The position numbers and the translations under genes were made by a program. Below, piece by piece: positions 28,601 to 36,966 of a stretch of 64,000 nucleotides of DNA; within the stretch, counting starts at the first letter, position 1; each line of letters begins with the position of its first letter. The notes beneath the pieces were generated by a model. It was not told the origin of the DNA. It did no database searches and was given only the letters and a program-made list of their open reading frames with translations. The DNA comes from Candidatus Micrarchaeota archaeon (GTDB lineage Archaea; Micrarchaeota; Micrarchaeia; Anstonellales; Bilamarchaeaceae): positions 32,001-96,000 of the forward strand of contig JBDRLQ010000003.1 of the NCBI GenBank assembly GCA_043812915.1. The letters run 5' to 3'.

Positions 28601-30307
28601 GTATCCATGGCATCCGATATACCTCCGGAGCGGAGGATCGCGTACTTCGAGGCTGTCGGAGCGGAGGAGCGGCGCACTGCCGGCGAGGCGTATACTGACA
28701 CTGCTACCCGGCTTTTCAGGAGGGCGGAAGCTGAAAGCCCGCTTTCCCAGTTCGGTCTTCGGATTGCTGACATGAGCGCCGATGATGCGCGCGCAGGGCT
28801 TGCTGCGCTTGGGCTTGAGCGCAGGGAAGTGAGGTCTATAATGCGTGATTTCTCTGATGTGCAGGAATCGGCACGGCAGTACAGGAGTGCTGCCTCGGAT
28901 GCTGCTGCCAGGGCCACCACTGTGGCCGACCAGGCCACTTCGGCAAGAGGTGCTTTGCTAACTTTCGTGCCAACTTATGAACAGTTAACTACTGTGATTC
29001 CAAGAGAGAAAGATGAGACTGCTGAAGCCTATCGCGGAAGGGTGGAGGATTTCAGGCGCGACACTGCCGGTCAAATGGCAACTGCCCTTGAGCACGACCG
29101 GCGCACAGACACTGCCGCTGAACTGGCCACGGATGATGGCAGGCGGGCTGCCCTTGCAGTATGTAACCGCGTCTTGGTTGGTTCGCTTGATGCCGCTGCT
29201 GAAGAGCATGGCGGGCGGGTTGAGGGCTACCAGCGGCAGAGGTTCTATGCGCAGGAGGACGCGCTATTCGACCGGATGATTGCTTCAGCCCGCTCATATC
29301 TTACAGAAGGGCGCATGGGCGTTGAGACCTACGAGCGCACTCCTGATGGAAGGGTAGAGTCCACATGGCAGGAGGGCAACATTGTTTCTGATTACACGGC
29401 GTTCATTGCGACAACCCAGATTGATGCGGCTGCAAGGGAACCGATTCCAGGAAGGGTTGAGAAAGGCGCCCGCGTCCCCCGGGATGAAGGGCGGACGGAG
29501 ATGCCCAACAGCATATTTTCAACCGCTACTGATGCCATTACGCAATACCTTTCAGGCAATCCTTCTGGAAGGGACACCCCGCCTCCGGCAGCAAAAGGCG
29601 AGCCTGCAAGGGAGGTGACCCATGCGGAGCAGGAGGGTGCCATCCATCTTTTCAGGGATGCTGCGGTCCGCGCTGATCAATATGTAGCCAGCCAGGGCTG
29701 GGGCGCAAGAAGGGATGCTGCCAGGGACCAGGAGCGCAGGGAAGCAGAGGTGGCATCTACTCTTGAAGCCACAAAGGGAATTGGCATTGACTATATTCCC
29801 CAAGGTGATTATCCTGCCCCGACAGAGCCAAGGACTGCTGCCGAGAAACGCAATGCCGCTGCCGCAAGGCGGGCAACTGATGAATCTGCTAGCGTGATGG
29901 CTGACCTGCGTTCCGATTCTGATGCGAGGAGGACTGCTGAAGTGGTTGGCCAGGCGCCCGAGCCTGAGAAAACACCTGCAAGGGCAAGGAGGCCTGAGCC
30001 TGAGAAGCACCCCGAGGACATGACAATTGATGAGCGGCGCGAGGCGAGGATGATTCGCGAGGAGCAGCAGGCCGAATGGGCGCGCGCAAGGGACCAGAGG
30101 CGCGCCGAGCTCGAGGAAGAGCGGAGGAGGCAGGCTGTCGAGAAGCAGGCCGTTGCGAGGGCGCCGCCTGTCAAGAGCCCGCCGCCAGCAGCAACGTCCG
30201 AGCCAACTCCTGAGGCAACCACAGAAAAGAGGGCAGAGGCTCCAAGGCCGAAGGAGAAGCGCCGCCGCAGAAGGGGCACTGACGACGATGACGATTCGGA
30301 GGCCTGA
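25607..30307 (+). CDS. 1566-aa membrane-anchored protein: Cys-containing exported N-domain, TM helix, very long A/E/R-rich tail
   Basis: Signal peptide, CPFCCPG..WCGWDEC, TM near residues 220-238, low-complexity C-terminus. Confidence 0.75.
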   Translation: MRARVSLLFIIILVTSLFIVSFAAPLAEILDLKYEKTSITLGVSRLIPFLGEECVVCEVFANAPNTGLLVFMDETFYTVDMTVYYENESESPPRQPVTDAMMIVYMYNDTGIDNGLWKVYTDGSGQAAFDFSAWAGGEATFKILYCPFCCPGDGADEWCGWDECLQMAEIPGPATPSMVPMPAGESAPADLNCNAYKPSLQVLEYTPPPTEPTAGVPALCSIGLLIFSLLGGALYLSGSNPFGGFNIGAPRMGRHIRYQARSRGWALDTTALASSVRTAVNQGKQIKKMRSARKDKDGKVIAKGMSGWATFKAMAKQGSPFARWRRVRNAAKGLTPGGGAQTEVVDGQVRITGGGSGSGGKSVREIMGKQYRESRAYLRGGQIPGGETRTMDRRERGRAYGIFLAKSLGQLALGLIDRSTIGYILGLNLEQRMMEALSETERESRAVAIAAYEHVLELLGDGDENEIVVRGNTVTVEGVGECTAIETTITIPGQANPTTVRILVRAGDEAAIRQALATGNVANLSCMLEVRGEGNQLTRYDLREGSLHEIHQVYTHTDARGQTHETVVILSPSSQDGRGTLSVAGAIVDGERYTAVAGEGDHVNFFRREADGELAASPSFNAGTTMVDGRRVGAVSMLEGGAADAIRQGIALSGTTMEDAGFISFQDRGGGDTAVTERLRAVLDSNTSMVTEQYNDQLGQIETERRGLFYEGLAGDDLTVRVADSSAAAGGEPRERALANGTEIRISDGNITRVTGADGQAIAGVSVDGGRITGLTTPDGEQLRINVAGDTLLRRDAAVLGAVQDLIQAVGHYDQVMQEGRVERGMEQQYHPDQVGAVTGYAEARAGAPASAVPEPGKGERQSADQRVVAERTREVLAETPHTDAGTPDQAKDAQVRALARTEPALANLARLEAAAVTLRINPDELTPERLVDAVGSLDEHTPQDARRAFDARVASVAQERGISPERARTEVLAEYQDRLIQSQEGHPLFNMVYEERAVSMASDIPPERRIAYFEAVGAEERRTAGEAYTDTATRLFRRAEAESPLSQFGLRIADMSADDARAGLAALGLERREVRSIMRDFSDVQESARQYRSAASDAAARATTVADQATSARGALLTFVPTYEQLTTVIPREKDETAEAYRGRVEDFRRDTAGQMATALEHDRRTDTAAELATDDGRRAALAVCNRVLVGSLDAAAEEHGGRVEGYQRQRFYAQEDALFDRMIASARSYLTEGRMGVETYERTPDGRVESTWQEGNIVSDYTAFIATTQIDAAAREPIPGRVEKGARVPRDEGRTEMPNSIFSTATDAITQYLSGNPSGRDTPPPAAKGEPAREVTHAEQEGAIHLFRDAAVRADQYVASQGWGARRDAARDQERREAEVASTLEATKGIGIDYIPQGDYPAPTEPRTAAEKRNAAAARRATDESASVMADLRSDSDARRTAEVVGQAPEPEKTPARARRPEPEKHPEDMTIDERREARMIREEQQAEWARARDQRRAELEEERRRQAVEKQAVARAPPVKSPPPAATSEPTPEATTEKRAEAPRPKEKRRRRRGTDDDDDSEA

Positions 30308-30313
30308 TAGCGA

Positions 30314-30646
30314 ATGTCCAAATCCTGGGTGGAGGTCCTCAAATCAAAGCCGGTTCGAAGGCTGAAGAACCTGCTCACAATCGGCAATCTGTGGCTTTAC
30401 ATTTTGTCGCTTATCCGGAGCAAGGGCAAGGTGTATGCCTATGCGCTCGATGAGCAGATTGAGGAGGAATTTTTCTTCAGGCCCGGAAAGCCGATGATTT
30501 ACCTTGTTTTATACAAGCTCGAATCAGAGAAGCTGATAAAATCCGAATATGAGGAGCGCAGGAAATATTATGCCATAACGAATAAGGGCGAGGAGGCCCT
30601 GGAGACAGCAAAGGATTATTTCAGCGTGCTATCAAAGAAACTGTAG
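30314..30646 (+). CDS. PadR-family transcription regulator
   Basis: YAYAL, IYLVLYKLESEKLI, RRKYYAITNKGEEAL. Confidence 0.88.
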   Translation: MSKSWVEVLKSKPVRRLKNLLTIGNLWLYILSLIRSKGKVYAYALDEQIEEEFFFRPGKPMIYLVLYKLESEKLIKSEYEERRKYYAITNKGEEALETAKDYFSVLSKKL

Positions 30647-30656
30647 GTGCATTTTT

Positions 30657-31196
30657 ATGAGGATTATCATTACCGGGGGGCCTGGGACCGGAAAGAGCGA
30701 AATCGCAAGGCTCCTTGCCAAGCAGCTTGACTATCCGCTGATAGACATCAAGAGGATTGTGAACGAGCGCGGGATGTTCGAGAGCAGGGAGAATACCAAG
30801 ATTGTTGATACCTCCCGCCTGAAGCGCACCCTTGACTCCATGCTCAAAACGAAGGAATGGTATGTTCTCGAGGGGCACCTTGCCTGCGAGGTGAAGCTGC
30901 CTGCCGATTACGTGTTCGTACTTCGCACCCATCCCCATGTGCTTGCGGATAGGCTCGCAAAGAGGAGGTATCCGAAGAAGAAGCGGGAGGAGAACCTGCT
31001 CGCTGAGATGCTTGACTACTGCACACAGAGGGTGCAGAATGTATACGGGATTGAGCCGCTGGAGCTTGATACTTCGGAGCGGAGCGCGGAAGGGAGCATG
31101 CACGAGCTGCTAAAAGCCCTGAGGAAAAAGAAGAAAAAGCTTGACGTAGTAGACTATTCCAGTGAACTTAAGGATTTCCTGAGGCTGAAACGATGA
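30657..31196 (+). CDS. Adenylate kinase 6 (Fap7/hCINAP-like)
   Basis: ITGGPGTGKS, LEGHL, VLRTHP..L..RL..R.Y...K..EN..AE. Confidence 0.88.
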   Translation: MRIIITGGPGTGKSEIARLLAKQLDYPLIDIKRIVNERGMFESRENTKIVDTSRLKRTLDSMLKTKEWYVLEGHLACEVKLPADYVFVLRTHPHVLADRLAKRRYPKKKREENLLAEMLDYCTQRVQNVYGIEPLELDTSERSAEGSMHELLKALRKKKKKLDVVDYSSELKDFLRLKR

Positions 31197-31747
31197 CTAG
31201 CGAGAAGAGACTGATAGAAGCCGCGCTGTTTATAAGCGCGAGGCCGATGAAGCTTGAGGAGCTGCGCACCCTGACCGGAATCGGCGCACTTGGTTACCTG
31301 AGGAAGACTTTGGAGAAGCTCAGGGACGACTATGCCCAGATGGAGAGCGCGATAGAGATTATCGAGATGGACGGCAGGTATGAGATGCGCGTCCGCTCTG
31401 AATATACCGGCCAGGTCAGGCAGTTTGCGCAGGATGCTGAAATCAGCAAGGCGGCCCTCCGGACCCTCGCATACATCGCCAAGAATGATGGCGTTCTCAA
31501 ATCCTTATTGGCAAAGAAAATCGGCTCTTCCGTATATCAGGATGTCAAAGAACTGGCTGAAGCCGGATTCGTCAAGCCAAAGAAGGCCGGCAGGAGCTCC
31601 AAGCTTTTCCTGACCGAGAAGTTCAAGAGATATTTCGAAATGAAGAAGGGAGCGCCCACTTCAGTTCCAGTTTCGCTGGATGATGGGCCGCTGGAAGTTA
31701 CTGAGCCGGAGCCTGAAGATTCGGAAGGGGCGCCACCTGAAGAATAG
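31193..31747 (+). CDS. scpB: SMC-Scp complex subunit ScpB
   Basis: IEAALFIS, ISKAALRTLAYIA, GRS..LTEKFKRYF. Confidence 0.9.
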   Translation: MTSEKRLIEAALFISARPMKLEELRTLTGIGALGYLRKTLEKLRDDYAQMESAIEIIEMDGRYEMRVRSEYTGQVRQFAQDAEISKAALRTLAYIAKNDGVLKSLLAKKIGSSVYQDVKELAEAGFVKPKKAGRSSKLFLTEKFKRYFEMKKGAPTSVPVSLDDGPLEVTEPEPEDSEGAPPEE

Positions 31748-31812
31748 GCCGAACCGTGCCGGCAACCTCATTTTTCATCTGCCCCTGGCGCTCTTGTTTT
31801 TTTTAAAAAAGA

Positions 31813-31894
31813 CGCCGAGAGCAGGATTTGAACCTGCAATCCCGGAGGGACCGGTTTTCAAGACCGGCGCACTACCAGATTATGCGATCTCGGC
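31813..31894 (-). tRNA. tRNA-Ser(TGA); no intron, CCA not encoded
   Basis: GCCGAGA/TCTCGGC acceptor stem, CCGGT-CTTGAAA-ACCGG anticodon arm, long variable arm, GGTTCAAATCC T-loop. Confidence 0.95.
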
Positions 31895-31983
31895 AAAAGA
31901 AAGCGTATCTCTAACTGCGCGAACTTTTTTTATTCCCTTCGCTCGAGCGCACTCCTGGATATATGCGCCCCTCCCCGGTTAAT

Positions 31984-32036
31984 GTAAAGTTTTATATACT
32001 TTTTGTTAAATATACTTTACGTAAAGAAAACTTTAC
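31984..32036. promoter_or_regulatory. Three 16-bp operator-like palindromes, consensus GTAAAG-N4-CTTTAC
   Basis: 31984-31999 (imperfect, covers TTTTATATA), 32005-32020 (imperfect), 32021-32036 (perfect arms). Confidence 0.7.
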
Positions 32037-32049
32037 TTCGGTGATTGCA

Positions 32050-32490
32050 ATGATTGGAAAACCGGAATGGTTCACAACAAGGAAATTCGGATGGGGCCTT
32101 GGGATTCGGTCAAAGGAGGGGATTATCTATATCGCAGCGGCCCTGGCGATAGTATTTGCGCTAGCCGTTCTTCCTCTTGATGGCACTGTGAGGCTGGCCG
32201 TAATGGCGCTCGTTATAGGAGCCCTTCTGGTGGATACCCTCCACATAATGGTGCAGATATATTCCAAGCTTGACGAAAGGGAGCAGAGGCACCAGATGCT
32301 GGCCGAGACAAACGCCGCGTATGTCGGGGTAATAGGCATCGCCCTTTACATCGTCTACCTGATAGTGGACGCCGGCCTTAAGGATGGCCCTCCGGACCCA
32401 TCGGTTATTATGCCCCTGGCTGCGATACTAATCCTGATGTCTGTGGCAAAGGGAGGGACATTCCTCTATCTATGGCGCGGTGGGCACTGA
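32050..32490 (+). CDS. Small membrane protein (DUF2178-like)
   Basis: About 4 TM helices, LDEREQ motif, coupled to an XRE gene. Confidence 0.7.
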   Translation: MIGKPEWFTTRKFGWGLGIRSKEGIIYIAAALAIVFALAVLPLDGTVRLAVMALVIGALLVDTLHIMVQIYSKLDEREQRHQMLAETNAAYVGVIGIALYIVYLIVDAGLKDGPPDPSVIMPLAAILILMSVAKGGTFLYLWRGGH

Positions 32491-32678
32491 TGAAAAACAG
32501 GCTAAAGGAACTGCGGGCAAGGGATTCACTCACCCAGGAAGAACTGGCTTCGAAAGTGGGGGTCAGCCGGCAGACCATAATAGCTATAGAGAATGGGAAG
32601 TACGACCCTTCCCTTTCCCTCGCTTTCAGGATTTCCAGGGTGTTCAAGGAGAGGATAGAGGGGATTTTCCAGTACTGA
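32490..32678 (+). CDS. XRE/Cro HTH regulator
   Basis: [36 protein letters not shown]. Confidence 0.93.
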   Translation: MKNRLKELRARDSLTQEELASKVGVSRQTIIAIENGKYDPSLSLAFRISRVFKERIEGIFQY

Positions 32679-32717
32679 CCAGCGAGCTTTTATTCACTTC
32701 GCTGCTTCTTTTTCCTC

Positions 32718-33986
32718 ATGTCGGTAACTATAGTTCTTGGTCTTCAGTGGGGCGACGAGGGGAAAGGGAAAATTGTCGACCTGTTCGCAGAAAAATATGA
32801 TTATATAGTCAGGTTCAATGGCGGGGACAATGCTGGGCACACGGTGATAAAAGGGGATGAGGAATTCAAGCTCCATCTAACCCCCTCAGGCGTTTTCTAT
32901 CCGGAAAAAACGAAGATAATCGGAAATGGCGTCGTGGTAAATCCAGAAACTTTCGTCAAAGAGATTGAGATGATAGAAAAGCGCGGATACTCCATGCAGA
33001 ACCTTTATGTCAGCTCATGCGCCAACCTGATACTCCCCTGGCACAGCGCGATGGATGGCGCCCTGGACAAGTCAGGGAAAATCGGGACAACGAAGAAGGG
33101 GATAGGCCCGGCGTATTCGGACAAGGCTTCAAGGACTTTCGCCCTCCGGGTTATGGACCTGCTTCTTCCCGAGAAGGAGCTTGTGGCTAAAGTGAAGAAA
33201 ATCGCAGAGCACAAGAAGAGGCTCTTTGCTGCGTTCGGCTATCCTGATTTCGATACGGATGAGATTATCAAGAACCTACTCGAATATGCCAAGAAAATCA
33301 GGCCGCACATTAAGGACACGCAGTTCATGCTGAACGAAGCGGCATCGAAGATTGAGAAAAAAGTGCTTCTGGAAGGTGCGCAGGGCGCCCTTCTGGACAT
33401 CGACCATGGCACATTCCCGTATGTCACTTCCTCCAATGTCACGGCAGGCGCCGCGTGCACTGGGACAGGAATCCCTCCCGAGTGGGTTGGTCGTGTTGCC
33501 GGAATCACGAAGGCATACACTACCAGGGTCGGTGAAGGGCCATTCCCGACCGAGCTGAAGGACAAGGCGGGCGATGAGCTCAGGAAAGCCGGAAACGAGT
33601 TCGGGACAACGACCGGCAGGCCCAGAAGGTGCGGCTGGCTGGACCTGGTCCTGCTCCGCTACACCTGCATGATTAATGGTGTCACCGAGATTGTGCTGAC
33701 CAAAGTTGACGTTTTATCCGGGCTGAAGGAAATCAAGGTCTGCACCGCTTATGAGATTGATGGCAAAAAAGTGAAGAACTGGCCACTCCAGATAGAGAAG
33801 CTGGAGGAGGCAAAGCCTGTTTATGAAACCCTTCCTGGCTGGAGCGGCGACATCTCAAAAGTGCGGGACATGGACCTGCTTCCTGAGAATGCGAAGAGAT
33901 ATGTCAGGTATATCGAGAAAGCCCTTGGGATAAACGTGAGTATAGTCTCGGTCGGACCAAAGAGGGATGATACAATAACTGCCTAG
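32718..33986 (+). CDS. purA: Adenylosuccinate synthetase
   Basis: GLQWGDEGKGK, GDNAGHT, EGAQG, TTTGRPRRCGWLD. Confidence 0.97.
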   Translation: MSVTIVLGLQWGDEGKGKIVDLFAEKYDYIVRFNGGDNAGHTVIKGDEEFKLHLTPSGVFYPEKTKIIGNGVVVNPETFVKEIEMIEKRGYSMQNLYVSSCANLILPWHSAMDGALDKSGKIGTTKKGIGPAYSDKASRTFALRVMDLLLPEKELVAKVKKIAEHKKRLFAAFGYPDFDTDEIIKNLLEYAKKIRPHIKDTQFMLNEAASKIEKKVLLEGAQGALLDIDHGTFPYVTSSNVTAGAACTGTGIPPEWVGRVAGITKAYTTRVGEGPFPTELKDKAGDELRKAGNEFGTTTGRPRRCGWLDLVLLRYTCMINGVTEIVLTKVDVLSGLKEIKVCTAYEIDGKKVKNWPLQIEKLEEAKPVYETLPGWSGDISKVRDMDLLPENAKRYVRYIEKALGINVSIVSVGPKRDDTITA

Positions 33987-34930
33987 GCGCTCCTGCTGAT
34001 AAAAACATCGATGCATTTCTGCAGGACTTCCTCGGTGTGCGCTTTCACTGACGCGCCGGCCGCCTTCGCGTGGCCGCCGCCGGCTCCGCCAAGCTCTTTT
34101 CCTACCTGCGCCAGAACCTCATTCAGGGGAATGTGGACGTGCTTTCTCGCTCTTGCAGACACCCTGCACTCCTGTTCCCTGTCCTTCCAGCTCGCCACGA
34201 AAGCGACATCTGCTGCCTCTGAAATCAGCGCCGCGGCATCGCTCTCATTGCTTCCGACCTCGCTTGTGGCTATTATATAGCCTCCTGCGAACACTGTCTG
34301 CACTCTGGAGAACGCCTTAAGAACCGCAATCTTCGCCTCCGCCTTCATCTCGGGTTCGGCAATAATCAGCATGTCCCTGTACTGCCTTCCAGATTTCTCC
34401 ATAAGGGGTCCGAGTGTGCTGAATGTATTGGCGCGGGCGGACTTGAACCTGGCGCCGTCAGAGATTATCGCGACGCACAGGGCAAATGCGGTATCAGAAT
34501 CAATTTCCCCAACCAGGGGAGCAATCAGCTCCGCAGTTGATGGCGAGTGCATGTCTATTATGTTGAACTCGGCCTTCAGGTCCCTGCCGGTATCCTGGTG
34601 ATGGTCGATAATAAGAAGCAGTTTCCAGCCTTTGGCCTCCGGGACAAGGGTGGACGAGCTGGTGTCAACGAGCACCAGGCCCTCATAGTTCCCTTTGTTC
34701 AGCGAGGATAATTCCCTTGGCTTCACGCCAAGTTTCCCATTGAGCTGCCTGGCAGCCTCATTCATCTCCTCGCCCACACAGAGTTCAGACTTGGGAAAGA
34801 TCTTGCTGAGAGCAAAAGCAGAGGCCAGGCCGTCTGGATCGGCCTTGCCGTGTGTTGTTATTACGAACTTCTTGTCTTTGTATTGCGCCAGGAATTCCTG
34901 GAAAACGGAGAGCGCCTCACTTCTTTTCAT
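33983..34930 (-). CDS. DHH/DHHA1 phosphoesterase
   Basis: H..ADPD, IDHH, GGGHAKAAG. Confidence 0.92.
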   Translation of the reverse strand: MKRSEALSVFQEFLAQYKDKKFVITTHGKADPDGLASAFALSKIFPKSELCVGEEMNEAARQLNGKLGVKPRELSSLNKGNYEGLVLVDTSSSTLVPEAKGWKLLLIIDHHQDTGRDLKAEFNIIDMHSPSTAELIAPLVGEIDSDTAFALCVAIISDGARFKSARANTFSTLGPLMEKSGRQYRDMLIIAEPEMKAEAKIAVLKAFSRVQTVFAGGYIIATSEVGSNESDAAALISEAADVAFVASWKDREQECRVSARARKHVHIPLNEVLAQVGKELGGAGGGHAKAAGASVKAHTEEVLQKCIDVFISRSA

Positions 34931-35267
34931 GGCTTTTCAGGCTCTCCTGTATTTTCTTCTGTCTGTCCATTACGATGCCGCGCAGTTTCTCCTCCTGCTT
35001 CTCAAGGGCGCCGAGCTTGACCTTAATAAGTTCTGACCTCTCGTTTAGCTCTTTCTCGGCATCTCCCTTGCTGCTCTGCATCATGATTGAGCCGATTGAG
35101 CGGTAAATGTTGCCATCTGCCTTCTTGAGCTCTTCGGTTGCATGCTTGACCTCGTTTGACTGTATCTGAAGCTGGTGCTTCTGGATGAGCAGCACCTCGA
35201 GCTGCTTTTCAAGATTCTCATATTCAATCAGTTCCCTGTTCAAATCCTGTTCTTCCTTCCTCATCAT
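34917..35267 (-). CDS. pfdB: Prefoldin beta subunit
   Basis: Coiled coils flanking IYRSIGSIMM; superoperon position. Confidence 0.88.
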   Translation of the reverse strand: MMRKEEQDLNRELIEYENLEKQLEVLLIQKHQLQIQSNEVKHATEELKKADGNIYRSIGSIMMQSSKGDAEKELNERSELIKVKLGALEKQEEKLRGIVMDRQKKIQESLKSHEKK

Positions 35268-35280
35268 ATCGACCTCTGGA

Positions 35281-35547
35281 TTATTTCATGTCTATCTCGA
35301 CCGACTCGAATACCTGCAAGGCGCGCAGGAAGCCGTTGACGGTCGCGCGGAATGACGCGGTGTCATCCGCCTTAATCGTTATCTTTATCGAATCATTCTC
35401 AAGGGCAGTTTCCGAGCGGCACCTCTTGCTGATGTTCCCCTCGCCACCGAGCGACCTGTTGGCGGCGGCTGCGGCACTCCTGTCCGCGAACCTGAAGACC
35501 ATCTGCGCCTCAGCGCTCAGAGCTCCTTTTTTCCCTTCCACTTCCAA
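35281..35547 (-). CDS. pcc1: KEOPS subunit Pcc1
   Basis: ITIKADDTASFRATVNGFLRAL; superoperon position. Confidence 0.82.
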   Translation of the reverse strand: MEVEGKKGALSAEAQMVFRFADRSAAAAANRSLGGEGNISKRCRSETALENDSIKITIKADDTASFRATVNGFLRALQVFESVEIDMK

Positions 35548-35765
35548 CCCCCTGTTCCAAGAACTTCCAGGCGGGAGAGCGTCGAGGGGATCTTTCCCTT
35601 CTCACCGATTATGGAGATGCTCTCCTCCCCGCGCCTCCTTGCCAGCAGCACCAGATCCCTGACGGTCTTCTTGCCCCGGCTTAGATAAATCTCTCCGTTA
35701 TCCCCGGAGAGCCTTCTTGCCAGCCGGCGCGTCTCAAGCGAAGCATACCTGCTGGTGGTGTACAT
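35517..35765 (-). CDS. Short Brix/Imp4-like protein
   Basis: MYTTSRYAS..TRRLARRL..RGKKTV; lies between Rpo12 and Pcc1. Confidence 0.75.
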   Translation of the reverse strand: MYTTSRYASLETRRLARRLSGDNGEIYLSRGKKTVRDLVLLARRRGEESISIIGEKGKIPSTLSRLEVLGTGGWKWKGKKEL

Positions 35766-35766
35766 T

Positions 35767-35904
35767 TTAGTCGGTCCGCACTTCCTTTGCAATCGGAGGC
35801 CTTGTCTTGAGGAGGATCTTCGCTCCCGATGACGGGAATGCGAATGCCTTGTCCTTGCTGGCAATAACGGCGGCACCTGTCTTGAAATCCTTATATTCTC
35901 CCAT
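35767..35904 (-). CDS. rpoP: RNA polymerase subunit Rpo12 (RpoP), Cys-free variant; not in the ORF track
   Basis: MGEYKDFKTGAAVIASKDKAFAFPSSGAKILLKTRPPIAKEVRTD; GAGGT ribosome-binding site; follows eL43; alternative start at 35910. Confidence 0.8.
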   Translation of the reverse strand: MGEYKDFKTGAAVIASKDKAFAFPSSGAKILLKTRPPIAKEVRTD

Positions 35905-35914
35905 ATCCATTACC

Positions 35915-36172
35915 TCATGAGGATGAATCGTACTCATTGATGGTCCTGGCGACTATTTCGCCGACCTCGGTGCGAAGCGCGTATGTCCCCCCGGCGAACT
36001 GCGCGCCGCATGATTTGGCCTGGCATGTCCATATGGAGTTGCCCTCCCTCTTCACAGAGTGCTTGCCGCACTTGGGGCATTCATACCTCTTGTTCTTCGA
36101 GTCGATGGCCTTCCTTGCGAGCTTCCTGTTGCTTGCTCCGAATCTAGGCGTTCTTAATGTCACATTACTCAC
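35915..36172 (-). CDS. rpl37ae: Ribosomal protein L37Ae (eL43)
   Basis: RFGA..RK, CPKC..VKR..IWTC..CG..FAGGTY. Confidence 0.93.
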   Translation of the reverse strand: MSNVTLRTPRFGASNRKLARKAIDSKNKRYECPKCGKHSVKREGNSIWTCQAKSCGAQFAGGTYALRTEVGEIVARTINEYDSSS

Positions 36173-36957
36173 CCTTGCACTATTTTTCTTTGTTCATTGC
36201 CTTTATTAAAGGCGGTGTCAATATTGGCCATAAGTTCTTCCCGCGTCAGTGAGCCCTTGCTCTTCTGGGCGGCGCACACATGTTCCTCCGTAGTCGCGAT
36301 GGTGATGCTGCTGTCTTTCACCAGCTCCTCATCCCTCGTCGGGTCGACAAGCCAGTGGCCGCCGACGTTCACGAACGTGGTTGAGAATGGAAGCGCCTTC
36401 AGGTTGAGAGCCCCGATGTACTCGCCGCGAACAATCTTTCCGTCCTCCACCTTGGGGACCTGCGTGTCCATTAGCGCAGCTGTCGCCGCCATGGTGGATG
36501 CATCCGTGTAGTTCCCCGCGTGGTTGAGCACATAGAGGTCAATGAATAACCCGAGCACCTTGTCCTCCTCGATATAGAAGCTCTCGAGGTCGATGATTTC
36601 AGCGCTTCTAATTGCCCGATCGACAACTCTGGCAAGCTCGATTGCGTCCTCTCTAGGCGGGCCGGTCTCGAAAATCGGCGAAGCCAGCGGGAGAAGCTCC
36701 GAGTTGGTCATGAAAACTCCCAGGTTCGGCCTGTCCGGGAATGGGGTCATGATATCGAACTTCACTGCCGCAAGGACCTGCGTCTGCCCTATGTTCGCAA
36801 GCGCGGAACCCTCGGCGGTCGTGATGACTCCTTTGTGGACCTCTGCGGGCCTCATTTCATCCAGTGCCCTGCCGTCATACCTCTTTCCCTGCGCTAGGGT
36901 ATTGAGCATGACGTCCTTCCTGACGTTTGCCATGATTAAATCCTTTGTTTCTGACAT
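36169..36957 (-). CDS. rrp42: Exosome subunit Rrp42
   Basis: RYDGR, AEGSA, PFPDRP, FETGPP, ELARVVDRAIR. Confidence 0.95.
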   Translation of the reverse strand: MSETKDLIMANVRKDVMLNTLAQGKRYDGRALDEMRPAEVHKGVITTAEGSALANIGQTQVLAAVKFDIMTPFPDRPNLGVFMTNSELLPLASPIFETGPPREDAIELARVVDRAIRSAEIIDLESFYIEEDKVLGLFIDLYVLNHAGNYTDASTMAATAALMDTQVPKVEDGKIVRGEYIGALNLKALPFSTTFVNVGGHWLVDPTRDEELVKDSSITIATTEEHVCAAQKSKGSLTREELMANIDTAFNKGNEQRKIVQG

Positions 36958-36966
36958 GAATACCAC

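Noticed and set aside
14092..30307. Provirus or conjugative element
   Set aside because: No capsid, terminase, relaxase, integrase or replication genes, and the operons run straight into housekeeping genes.
31748..32700. Element integrated at tRNA-Ser
   Set aside because: No integrase, and I saw no duplicated tRNA 3' end; the flanks are core genes.
35766..35876. N-terminal extension of the Brix ORF in the track
   Set aside because: The region is better explained by rpoP in another frame; Brix starts at 35765.
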